Source: Eledone cirrhosa
Taxonomy: Eukaryota
Direction of reading: 5' to 3'
Length of the DNA: 64,000 nucleotides
Assembly (NCBI GenBank): GCA_964016885.1
Contig: OZ024759.1
Location: forward strand, 13,826,001-13,890,000
Below are positions 14,643 through 27,636 of the stretch, in pieces. Positions within the stretch are counted from its first letter, which is position 1, and every line of letters begins with the position of its first letter. Below the pieces are notes generated by a model. The model made no database searches. It had not been told where the DNA came from and worked only from the letters and a program-made list of their open reading frames with translations. A program made the translations under genes and the position numbers.

Positions 14643-17600
14643 GTATGCATGCATGTGTGTGTATGTTCGTATACACCCACACCTTTCACCACCATTGCTT
14701 CTTTTTGTTGTCATTTCTGTTGAAGTTGTTCTTGTAACTGTTGTAAAAGTTGACGTCCTTATTTTCATTTTCTTTGATTTCTTTTGTTTTTCTTTTATCC
14801 CCATAAGGAATTTGGGCATACGTCAAAACGGGCGGTCAGAAAAGTGAAAGTAAATTTATTTTGATTTTCGAACGTCGTGTTTACATTTTGTGTGTGTGTT
14901 TAGATCTAAATTAGTGTCGTTTTAACTGATTATATATATATGTATATGTGTGTGTGTGTGTGTAGTTGACGGTTGAGAGAAGACTACTCAACACCGAAGT
15001 AATCTTGTAATGAGGCTTGCACATGCTGGCGACGAAGCTTCTTCTTTGCACGGCTCCATGTCTTCTATATGAGCTGTGTGTGCACATCAAGGTCCGCAGG
15101 ATCTACAAAGTTCCGTTCGTGCACCACAACATCATGAACGTAAATCCCACCTTCAATTTCCAAATAGGAAGCCCAACCATCGGAGATGATGCGGCTGCCT
15201 GGCAAAATCCCTGCTGAATGATGGGGACGAGAGAGTCAGAGCTTCGATTTGGGACTTCTACAAGGCAGCAGCGTCCAGAATGGCGGACTCACCATTCTGC
15301 AAGCCTCATTACAAGATTACTTCGGTATTGAGTACTCTTCTCTCAATCGTCAACTACACACACACACACACACATATACATATAATCAGTTAAAACGACA
15401 CTAATTTAGATCTAAACACACACAAAATGTAAACACGACGTTCGAAAATGAAAATAAATTTACTTTCACTTTTATGACCGCCCGTCTTGACGTATGCCAG
15501 GAATTCGTTGACAAGCTTCTTTTATTTATTTTCTTTGTTTTCTTCATTCAAATGCATTCACACTGGCGGTCGAAGAGACGTACACATATGACTTATAAAT
15601 CTTACCAAACTAAAGGGACTTCCAGTGCACCTCCAGCACCCCCAAATCATCAAACGCCCCCCTAGAGTTACAAAACGCGTCGGGAGTTGAAGTGGTTATG
15701 ATGGCGACGATATAGCGGAAGAGCAACTTTGAAAAAAAGTCAATTTTAAATTATTTATTTTTACGAAATTGAGTAGATAAATTATGTAATATTCATTCAT
15801 AAAATAAAGTACCAGTAATGCACTGAGTAATTGCTGGCCTTGTGCCTAAAGTAGAAACAATTAAATTGCTGGCCTTGTGCCTAAAGTAGAAACAATTATT
15901 TATTCAAAGTAATCCAACTTATTTTACAAACGTGATAAAAAATAATAACCGTACGCAATCCCACAGACCTTTCTTTATTATAGTTTAGATTTACTATTAT
16001 ATTTTCATGGTAAATACTTTATTTCACATAATTATCTCACATAATATTGAATCTATGAGATTTTAGTATTATTTATGTTGAGAACAATACCTTAATATGA
16101 GTACAACTGGTTTAACTGGTTTAAACAGAAAAAGGTGAGAGAATTCTGGCCAGATATGGCCGGTTTAAATGCTAAAGGGTTAAGCGGTAACCCTTATGTT
16201 GAGTCAGAACCAACTGTAAACTGAGAGTCCTCAAACCATGTTACTCAGACTTATAAACTCAAGTAATAGAAACTGATTACTAGTATACCTATATATACAG
16301 GCTGTCCCAAAAAATGTATACACAGTTTGATTAACTGTACAGGCAATATTTATTAGAATGCACAGCTTTTTTGTATACATGTTTTTGGGACACCCTATAC
16401 ATATGATTAAGAAGAATTGAAATTAATGCATAGATAATTTCACAGCTCTAGCATCACTCCTTCATAGCCAGCCTATGAATGTTTCAGCTCAACCTCGTAG
16501 ATGTGGATATCGATAGTAATTTTGAATGTTAAACAGTTAAAGTAAAATGAAATATACTTACAGGAACTGGTAGACTCCTTCTCAGATAAGTCCTTAAATC
16601 CTGGCAATATTAGGTAATAATAGTGGCGGTGGATTGGCAGTATCGGTAGGGGGTCGGACGCCATGCTTTGATGCATAGAGTTACGGCCCTTTCCATTCCG
16701 AGTTCAAATCCCGCTGAGGTTAATTTTGCCTTTCATCCTTATGGCGTCAATAAAATAAAGTACCAGTAATGCACTGAGTAATTGCTGGCCTTATGCCAAA
16801 AGTAGAAACAATATTAGGTAATAAAATTCCGTTTAAAGTGAAGTTTATGTTGTTGGTCTTGCTTAGGGGATCCAGCCAGATAAATTAGAGACGGTTGCTT
16901 CTAACAGGACCCACTCCCTGGGGAGACGTGTTGGAGGACTCTCCCCTCACGACTATTGTAGGAATGAAAAGATGAAGAAGACAAGATGTGTAAACCACAC
17001 ACAAAAGATGTGTAAACCACACACACAAGGTGTGTAAACCACACACACAAGGTGTGTAAACCACACACACAAGATGTGTAAACCACAAACACAAGATGTA
17101 AACCACACACACAAGATGTGTAAACCAAACACACAAGATGTGTAAACCACACACACAAGATGTGTAAACCACACACACAGGATGTGTAAACCACACACAC
17201 ACGTGGCAGTATTCAATTTTCACATCTCAGTGTTTGTGAAATTTGTTTTGGCTGTTAAAGTTTGTGAAGAGATCAAATGTTGTTTAGAGTGTGTAACTGG
17301 AGATAAACTGTAAAATTGAGATGTGTTGTTGTTGGTAAATAAGTTGCATAGCTCTTCTATATTTGCTATAGATAGCTTGTGGTCAACAGTTGTTTAATGG
17401 CGATAGTTAGGTGCGGGTCAACAGTTGTTCTATTGTGGTTATAGTTAGCTTGTGGTCAACAGTTGTTTAGTGGCGATAGTTAGCTTGTGGTCAACAGCTT
17501 GTCTATTGTGTATATAGTTAACTTGTTGTCAACAGTTGTTTAGTGGCGATAGTTAGCTGGTGGTCAACAGTTGTTCTATTGTGGCTATAGTTAGCTTGTG

Positions 17601-20600
17601 GTCAACAGTTGTTTAGTGGCGATAGTTAGCTTGTGGTCAACAGCTTGTCTATTGTGGATATTGTAGTCAAAATTGCTTAATTATAATGTACTTTACTTCA
17701 TTGACCACACAGTTTGTCCACAAAGAAGACTGTATGTCTGTTGAAAGCCCACAGAGAAAAAGTGTAGACAAAATCCACAGAGAAATGTACACAGAATCCA
17801 CCCAGACGACGTGTATGAAAAAAGCCTGTAATAAACAAACAGAATGGTTGGAAACGACTTCCTTTTATAAGCTCTAACAGAAGAGTCTGTTTTCTGTGGA
17901 GTTCATTGGTAGAGTTACTTACTCCTGAACAGATATAAATTTGGCGAACCAGGTTCAAATTCTGCAACAAGTAGTTCAACAAAAAATATTTCATTTTTTC
18001 TTCCTTTTAATATTGTTTTATTTTTATTAGAGGCATACGTCAAGACGGGCGGTCTGGAATGTGAAAGTAATTTTTGACACTGAATTTTTTTTTATTTTTT
18101 TTAAACAACAGGTCTCAATAGTGTAATTTACGATACACACGCAATTGTATGGATTTCTTTATATATATATATGTGTGCCCGTCTTGACGTATGCCATATA
18201 TATATATATATGTATGTATATTGAAAGATTACTAAAAACTGGACATCGATTGATATTAGTTAGATGTAGCAAGGGCTCTGTGTATGGCGAGGACAGAAGT
18301 AGACTTTTTAAATAACTATATATATAACTATATATATAACTATATATATATATTACCTAATATATGAAGGCGTGTGGCGGAGTGGTTAGAGAATTGGATT
18401 CGCAATCATAAGGTTGTGAGTTCGATTCCTGGACCAGGCGATGCGTTATGTCCTTGAGCAAGACACTTTATTTCACATTGCTCCTTCTACCTGGAGTTGC
18501 GACCGATAGATAGTATTAGCAATTGGAAAGACCAACGGAAACATTGTTCCCTCGGTCCGATTCGACGAAAGTCGATCGTTCCTATATAAATATATATTAG
18601 ATATTATAATTCGGTTCTTCCTAGTTAGACGTTCAAACGATGTAATAGTATAGGGTTTGTTTTCTCATAGTTCTGACTTATAATGATGTAGTGAGAGACA
18701 GTAGATTGTAAACAAATATATAAAGAAAAACACACACATTATATATACATATATATACACACATATATATATACATACATATATATATTTATATATATAT
18801 GGCATACGTCAAGACGAGCACATATATATATTAAGAAATCCATACAATTGCGTGTGTATCGTAACTTACACTATTGAGACCTGTTGTAAAAAAAAAAAAA
18901 AAAAATTCAGTGTCAAAAATTACTTTCACTTTCCAGACCGCCCGTCTTGACGTATGCCTTTATTAGATACTGCTCAATAATTTTGATGTAATTATAATTA
19001 TTATATATGTGGAGGCACATGGCTTAGTGGTAAGTGCATTGGCCTTGCAATCGAAAGGTTGTGAGATCAATTCTCAGACCGAGTGATGTGTTGTTTCCTT
19101 GAGCAAGACACTTTATTTCACATTGCTCCAGTTTACTCAGCATAGAAATGAGATGATAGGACTGGAGTCCCTATAATTCCAAATGAGGTTGGTGTTAGGA
19201 AGGGCATCCAGCTGTAGAAATCAAGCTAGAATCAGTTCCCGTCCCACCCTTGCAAGCAGGGAAAAGCAGACGTAAACTGATGATGATGATGATGATTATA
19301 TATAGCATCATCATCATCTTCGTTTAATGTCCATCTTCCACGCTAGCATGGGTTAGACGGGAGTTGTCCCACTTGAGGCAAGGTAGGTCGGGTGACCGTG
19401 TCTCGCTCATATAGGACTATCAGACAGGTTTTCTACGGCTGGATGCCCTTCCTAACACCTACCACATTTACAGTGTGGAACTGGGAACTTTTTACCATGT
19501 TACCTACACGGCCACATTACAGTGTGGACTGTGTGTTGTTTTGTTGTGACACCTACACGATCTTGATCTCAATCTCATTATTTCATTTATTTGGACTGGA
19601 TGTTGTGGTACCAACTTTACAGAGAGAGGGTGGTGTTGGTGGAAGTGGGAGGATATGGTAGGGATAGTGGATTGAGGTGTATATTTGGTTAAGAGGTGCC
19701 TACTCACTGTAGGTTTCGCTTTGTACATAGGCAAGGCGGGTCTTTTGTATTAATGGGTAATCTCGGTCCAGTGACATTGTCTTAGAGAAGTGTAAGGTCG
19801 GAATTTATCAGATCATCCCAGGTTTTTCCATCAATTTTGATTGCCCTGCACTTTTTTATATATCTTTCATGCGCATCACATAACCATACCAACGTAGTCT
19901 TCTCTCAAGTAAACAGCATCTGATCCCTCTTATTCCTAGTTTCTCACTTAGTTCATTTATGCTTTGCTGTTCACATGTATTACTATTACACATCCAACGG
20001 AGCATGCATGCTTTGTTCCTTTCCAGTCTGTGCAGGTCCTCTGCACACAATGCCCATGTCTCACTGCCATGTAGCATTGCTGTTCGTATACAGGCATCAT
20101 ACAATCTGCCTTTCATTTTTAGAGAGAAACCTTTTGTGGCCAACAGCGGTATAAGCTCTCTGAACTTTTTCCATCCCGTTCTGACTCTGGCTATTGTAAT
20201 TTCCAAGCACCCTCCACCACTGCTGATTTTGTCACTGAGGTAACAGAAAGTGTCCACTATTTCTATAGAACCATCTGGGCAATAGTTTACCTGTGATCCC
20301 ACTACATCTTTTATGTACCCATAGTTTGCATTTGGGACATAAAAGAGAATTTCTGCCTACTCCTTTCCTACACACTGAGCATGGCCATTTCCCTGAGGGC
20401 ACTTGTGCCCTATTTTCCTTTCTACAAACTAGAAATTTTGTCTTAGACAAGTTAACTTTAAGGCCTTTTGATTCCAGGCCATGCTTCTATGTTTGGAATT
20501 TCTTCTCTAGTTCAGCCATAGATTCAGCTATGAGAGTTAGATCATCTGCGTATAGGAGTTCCCATGGGCAGCCGGTCTTAAACTCCTCTGTTATAGCCTG

Positions 20601-23600
20601 AAGGGCAATAATAAATAGGAGGGGGCTAAGGACAGAGCCTTGATGAACACCAACTGTTACACTAAATTCTTCTCAATATTCATTGTTAATTTTAACCTTA
20701 CTGACTGTTTCTTTATACATGGCTTGTATAGCTCTCACAAGCCATTCATCTACACCTAGTTTTCTAAGAGCCCACCAGATAATGGAGTGGGGGACTCTGT
20801 CAAACGTTTTCTCCAAGTCTACAAAAGCTAAGTAGAGGGGTTTACTTTTAGCTACTTCTCCTGTAGTTGTCGTACAAGGAAAAGAGCGTCTGTGGTACTT
20901 TTACCTGACACAAACCCAAACTGCATTTCATCTAGATTAATTGTGCTATAACTCTTTCTGTGACCTTCATGACCTGGTCAACTAACTTAATGCCTCTATA
21001 GTTTCCCCTATCTAGAGCAGGCCCTTTACCCTTGTAGCAGTTAATGATGATGATGCTATGCCAGTCTTTTGGTATGACTCCATTCTGTATTACTTGGTTT
21101 ACTATCCGGGTGACCATAGTGTGTCCCACCATTCCAGATGCCTTCAACATCTCAGCAACTATCTCCGAAGGCCCAGCTGCCTTGCCTGTCTTCATATCTT
21201 TGATTGCCTTACTTATTATACTACCTTTAACCTGCACTGCTGGACCTTCTATTGGATTGATTTGGGACAGACTATATTTTTCCCATTTATTCTCCTCATT
21301 TAATAGTCTCTCGTAGTGACACTTCCAAGCTATCTTCTTATCAGTATCAGTGAGGGAAAGTACACCATTATCATTATGGACACACTGCTCTCCGACAATA
21401 TCATGGTTTTCCTTGACACATTGTCTAGCAATCCTGAACACCTCACGTTTTTGGTCCTCACGTTGCTTGAACTTTTTATCCTCTGCTTCCTTTTTTGCAA
21501 GGTACACTTGTCTCCTAGCTTCTCTCCTGGCCACCTGATAGTGTTCTCTACCTTCCCCCATCCTGCCATACTTTTCAAGCCTGCTTTTTGGCCTTGATTG
21601 TCTCTTCCATCTTACTGTTCCACCACCAAGTTACTCTCCGCCTGCCAATAGGTCTGCTCCAGCCACAGATTTCATCCGTCGCTTTCAGCAGGTTCACTTT
21701 CAAGAATTGCCACTGTCTCTAATTGCTCTTCCTTATTGTCAAAGGCATCAAGTAATAAGCTTTTAAATTTATATATAAATATATATATCCAGGGAGTGTA
21801 ATAGAAGTTACTCTAGGTTCACCCAGGTGAGCACTCAATGTTTAGGTTCACGTCAGTGGCAAGATGTAAAGCTAGACAGAGTGTAATATAATAATTCAAG
21901 GATGATTTGTTAAGCCTTCATTATGTTTATTGATTGGTGATGTGCATTTTGCTATTGATCAACTCGTTGACCTCTGTTGCAGTCATTACTACAACAGAGG
22001 TTCGATGATCTTTGGAATCCAGAGTCGGGCCAGATCGATACACATCAAATCCTGAGCTGATCAATAGCGAAACGCACGTCACCAATCAATAAATGTAATT
22101 AAGGCTTAACAAATCATCCTAGTATTATTGTATATATATATATTGACAGTTGATCGACAAGATCCCAAACCTCATTTGCTTAACGAGTAGGGTGGAGCTT
22201 GTCAAATCAGACAGAGGAAACAATGTTTCCATTGGTCTTTCCAATTGCTAATGCTATCTATCGGTCTCGATCCTGTATCATGTCGATTGAGAGGTTCAGC
22301 TGAGCCAGGTCAGACTTTATCATTTCATCCACATCTTCCTGTCTTCTTCTTCCAAGGCACCCTACAATGTCAAGCACCCAACACCTTTTAATACATCTGT
22401 TATCCTTCATGTGCATCACATGTCCATACCACTACAGTCATCTCTCCTGCACACAGCATTTGATCCTTCTTATGCCCAGTTTCACTCTCAATTCATTTAC
22501 ACTTTGCTGTTCATGGACACACTAAAGTTACATATCCATTGTAGCATTTAGACTTCATTTCTTTCCAATCTCCATAGATCCTCGTCATTCAGTACCTATA
22601 TTTCACTTACTTGCTGTGTGCACACAGGCATCGTACAGGTTGTCTTTTAACTTGAGTGAGAAACATTTTGTAGTTAGCTGCAGCAGCTGCACCCTGAACT
22701 TTTCCATCCTGTTCTTACTATGGCAACTGTACTTTCGGTGTATCCAGCTTCGCTGCTGATATGGTTACCCAAGTAGTAGAAGCTATCAGCTAATTCTATG
22801 GAGTCTTCTGTGCATTTAAAGAGGGTCTTTGCTTACTGCCCCTGTGCAACAGCCACATATGATGTTTGTTTTGTGCTAGCCTGCCTGATTTCCCACTACA
22901 TTCTTGTGTACCCATAATTTGCATTTAGGACACTGGTTTGAGTTTCTACCTACTCCTTTCCTGCATACAAAGCAGAGCCATTTCCCTGAGGGTACTAGAG
23001 CCCTGTTTTCTTTTCTGCTTACTAGGATTTTGGTTTTTGTCAGGCTGATTTTAAGGCCTTTTATTTCCAAACTGTGCCTCCATGTCTGAAATTTCTTCTC
23101 TAATTCAGTCATAGATTCAGCTATGGGAGTCAGGTTGTCAGCGTATAAGAGTTCCCATGGACAATAAGCATTAAATTCCTCTGTTATAGCCTGTAGGATA
23201 ATAATGAAGAGGAGGGGGTTAAGAATGGAGCCTTGGTGGACCCCACTTGCACACTGAATTCCTCACTAGTCATTTTTAATTTTGACCTCTCCATACATGG
23301 CTCTCACAAGCCACCCATCTATACCTTGTTTTCTGAGGGCTCACCAGATTATGGAGCAAGGAACTCTGACAAAAGCTTTCTCTAAGTCTACGAATGCTAA
23401 GTAGAGTGGCTTGCTTTTAGCTAAGTACTTCTCCTGCATTTGTCTCACAAATGTATCTATTATTATTACTATATCTACTTAAAGCTACAAAACTACACCT
23501 GATGTACCCCTTCCCTATACATGCACACATGTATATCATGACTCATGCACTGTTCATTTTCCTGACGTTTGTACATTACCCTATACATACACATTTTGAT

Positions 23601-25258
23601 GAGTTGTAGTGCACCTGAGCACTGTACACAATATTTCATTATTATTATTATTATATATATAGAGAGAGAAAAAGTGGAATTGGAAATAGCACAAAAAGTA
23701 TATTTAAAGGATCTGTTTTTCTTTTTTTTCTTCTTTGATTCGTCAAAGTGACATTATCGAAAACATGAGAGGAACAGGTTTTTTTAAAAAAGGAGTTTTA
23801 TAATGTATATAAAATATATAAAATATAACTAGTTTCGATGTATCAGTGTAATCCATCTTATCAAATGTTGAATATTACAATTAAAAAGAATTAAAAATTA
23901 AAGATTTAAAATTAAGTGTTGAAGCAGGTTTGTTCACCTTTCTATATATATATATATATATAGTAATAATTGTTTCTACTTTAGGCACAGGGCCAGCAAT
24001 TACCCAGTACATTACTGGTACTTTATTTTATCGACCCCGTAAGGATGAAAGGCAAAGTTAACCTTGGCGGGATTTGAACTCAGAATGGCAAGGACCGTAA
24101 CTCTATGCGTCAAAGCATAGAGTCCAATCCTCTACCGATACTGCCAATCCACCGTAATAATAATAACTACAAAGACCAAAATCGAGATAAGACTCAATAA
24201 GGATTGTATATATATATAAACCCATAGAGCAAATATTTATTACTAGCTGGCCCGTCCGGCTGGCGCCCGTCTAGGTATACCAGCATTTTATTTTTTCAGG
24301 AATCCCCCCTACACTCCAGTGCAAAGGTACTGCATGCCCTCTCAAGTCAGCGAGGGGGGGGGGGGGGCGTTTAACGTGCTCTGATGTTGGGTTCGAATAG
24401 TTTTTAGGATTCCCCATTTCAGCAGCCAGTACGTAAAAGAAAATTGATAGTTACAACAATAAAGGCTGAACAGAGAACACATTTTTTAACAAACAATAAT
24501 TTGTACATCCATAATGGAAATTCCAAGTAACAGAAAATATTTAAATTACATTGTTAGAGCCTCAGAGTATACAATATTTTTTGTTCGGCTCTCCGGAGCA
24601 AAGATGAAGAGATTTTTTGGCAAGCTCACCCTAGAGCATCCTACATACAATTGACCATGGGAGAATCACTGATTTCATAGCTCGTCTCGCGGAGAGGCTC
24701 TGTAGACATTGACCTCTGGACACTCCTGTCAGGAGCAGGTAAGTTGTAGTGACTTAGAGGCCTACCACCAATCTCCAGGACACTGTTTTCAAGACAAATG
24801 AGCGCCTCATTGAAAACGACATCGTATGTTGCGTTTGGATGTCCTCAGCTAGACTTTCACGGTGGTTGTTCCACAGTTTGAGAGGGTCGGCGAGATCGCA
24901 GTTGTGCAGTATAATAGCAAAAAGTTTTTGCAGCTGAGAAGGGGCTTTAGCAGTTGCTGTTTCTTGCAGGGTGAGGTGCCAATGGCTGTCATCGTGTAAC
25001 ATACCACGCATCTGGCAAGCCAAACGGTAAGTGGAACATTGATGGAGGATGACCATTGGGTAAAGAAGTGCCAATAAATGCCAGTAGAAGGAAGACGCAG
25101 TCGAGGAAGACCACGAAAAACATGGGCGGAGGTGTTGAGAGCTGACCTCAAATCACTGAAGCTCACAGAGGAGATGACGAGTGACCGTGACAAATGGAGA
25201 GATGCCGTGCTAAATAGGACCTGTCCCACCCTTGCAAGCAGGGAAAAGTGGACATAAA

Positions 25259-25300
<42 letters not shown>

Positions 25301-27577
25301 ATGATGATTAAAATTTTAAGCAAATAATTTCTGCTTTCACCCTAAGTGGGATCATCTGAAAATATTTATATATACATATATTTTTTAGGATATCATAAAT
25401 GCTGTGAGAAATCAAAACACAGATGATATCAATTTAATCAATATGGGGTCAATACCAAAGATATATGCATGTGCTACAATGTGGCATGAAACAGAAAATG
25501 AAATGTTGCAGTTATTGAAATCTATTTTCAGGTATTCTTTATTTTTTCTGTTGGAGGTGTTGTGTTGCTATTGGTGGTGGTGGTTGAGATTTATAACATA
25601 TTAAAACCACTGTTAAAATGTTATAATGTATTAACCCTTTAGCATTTACATTACTCTATATATACTATTGTATTTTCATGGTAAAGACTTTACCTCACAT
25701 AATTATCTCACATAACATTTACATTACTCTATATTTACTATTGTATTTTCATGGTAAAGACTTTACCTCACATAATTATCTCACATAATATATGAGATTT
25801 TGATATTATTTATCTTGAGAACAATACCGTAACATCATTATAAGTGGCCCGTTTGAACAGAAAGAGGTGAGAGAATTCTGGCCAGATATGGCTGGTTTAA
25901 ATGCTAAAGGGTTAAAACCAGGAACAAACTTATAAGTTATAGCAGCGTTTTAGTTTTAACAGTTTTCATACTAAACTGCTTGCTTCTATAATACAAAACT
26001 GTTCATTTTGAAGTGTTTATATTTATCTAAAAATATTCCACCATATTCCATCAAATTTTTTATAAGAACATTTGTTAAGTTATGTTCCAAACACCACCTC
26101 AATATTACTAAATCCCTTTAAATTCTTGATTCATTAGAATTATGGTATTGAAAGGGTTAAAATGTTTACATTCAATCTTGCTTTTTACTTTTCTTACAGA
26201 ATGGATGAAGATCAATCCACGCGAACTTTCATGCGGAACACAATTGGTATTAATGACAGAGATTACTATGAATTTGAAGGTTCTTATTCTGTTTTTAAGT
26301 CTTTACATGTTTTTTTGTTTTTTTTATATATTTTTCTTTGGCTTATAATTTCATATTAGAAATAGAAGCTTTCATTGTATTTTTTTACTAAATAAATTTT
26401 AGCTTGATAGTGGGGTTTAGAACACTCTCAGAAATGGAAAAAGATGAGTATTGATGTACATAATTCATACTTTGTATCTCACATTGCTGTAAACCAGCAG
26501 TTCACAATCCCTGGTTGTCTGCAGAACTGAGATCTGTGAGATACGCTAAACAATTTCAGCTAGTTTGTGAAAAACATAATATATCCACACTCTTTTGGGA
26601 CTCTCTCACCTTATTATATTTCGTCATAATGACAGCAGGTCCTTCTTTGAGATAGATCATAGATTTTATGATAATTATGACAGGTCCTATGTTTTATCAT
26701 ATTGGTTGTAGGTAGAGGTGTAACTAGAGAAAATAATGCCTATGGCATGAAATTGCAGCGCTGCCCAAACATAATTTATTTAATGATCCAGCTAATATTG
26801 TGCTTCTCGCTTATGGTAGTTAAAAACCAACCATACATCTGAAGAAGTTTTTATTTTTTCTTCTCCTATTATAGCTTATATGACTTTAACCCTTTAACGT
26901 TTACATTACTCTATTATATATATTGTCATACAGCTAAGATAGCTCATGTATATTGTCCTACTACCAAGATATATCATATATATTGTCATACAGCTAAGAT
27001 ATATCATACATATTGTCATAAAGCTAAGATAGGTCATGTATATTATCATACAGCTAAGATATATCATATATATTGTCACACAGCTAAAATAGGTCCTGTA
27101 TATAGCTAAGATATATCATATATATTGTCAAACAGCTAAGAGGGTTCATGTATATTATCATACAGCTAACATATATCGTATATAATGTCATATAACTAAG
27201 ATATATCGTATATATTGTCATACTACCAAGATATATCATACATATTGTCATACAGCTAAGATATATCGTATATATTGTCATACTACCAAGATATATCATA
27301 TATATTGTCACACAGCTAAGATATATCATATATATTGTCATACAGCTAAGATAGGTTGTGTATTTTGTCTTACTAGTGAAGAAAGTCATGTATTTTCTTT
27401 TCATATTAAATGCAGGCCATATACTTTTTGACGATGCTTACAAACGAGATCACCATGGCAATATTCAATTTAATGAATATGTTGATTGCTTACTACGTTT
27501 GGTAGAGAAAGCAGGCAGGTAGGTTTGCTTCACTTAATGTTATGTGTGTATGTGTGAAGGAATATGTATGCATGTGT

Positions 27578-27636
<59 letters not shown>

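Noticed and set aside
9684-25388. Extra CHS exons or a nested gene in the 15.7-kb intron 4
   Set aside because: Exons 4 and 5 join in phase and only TE or repeat sequence was recognisable; a small exon cannot be excluded without RNA data.
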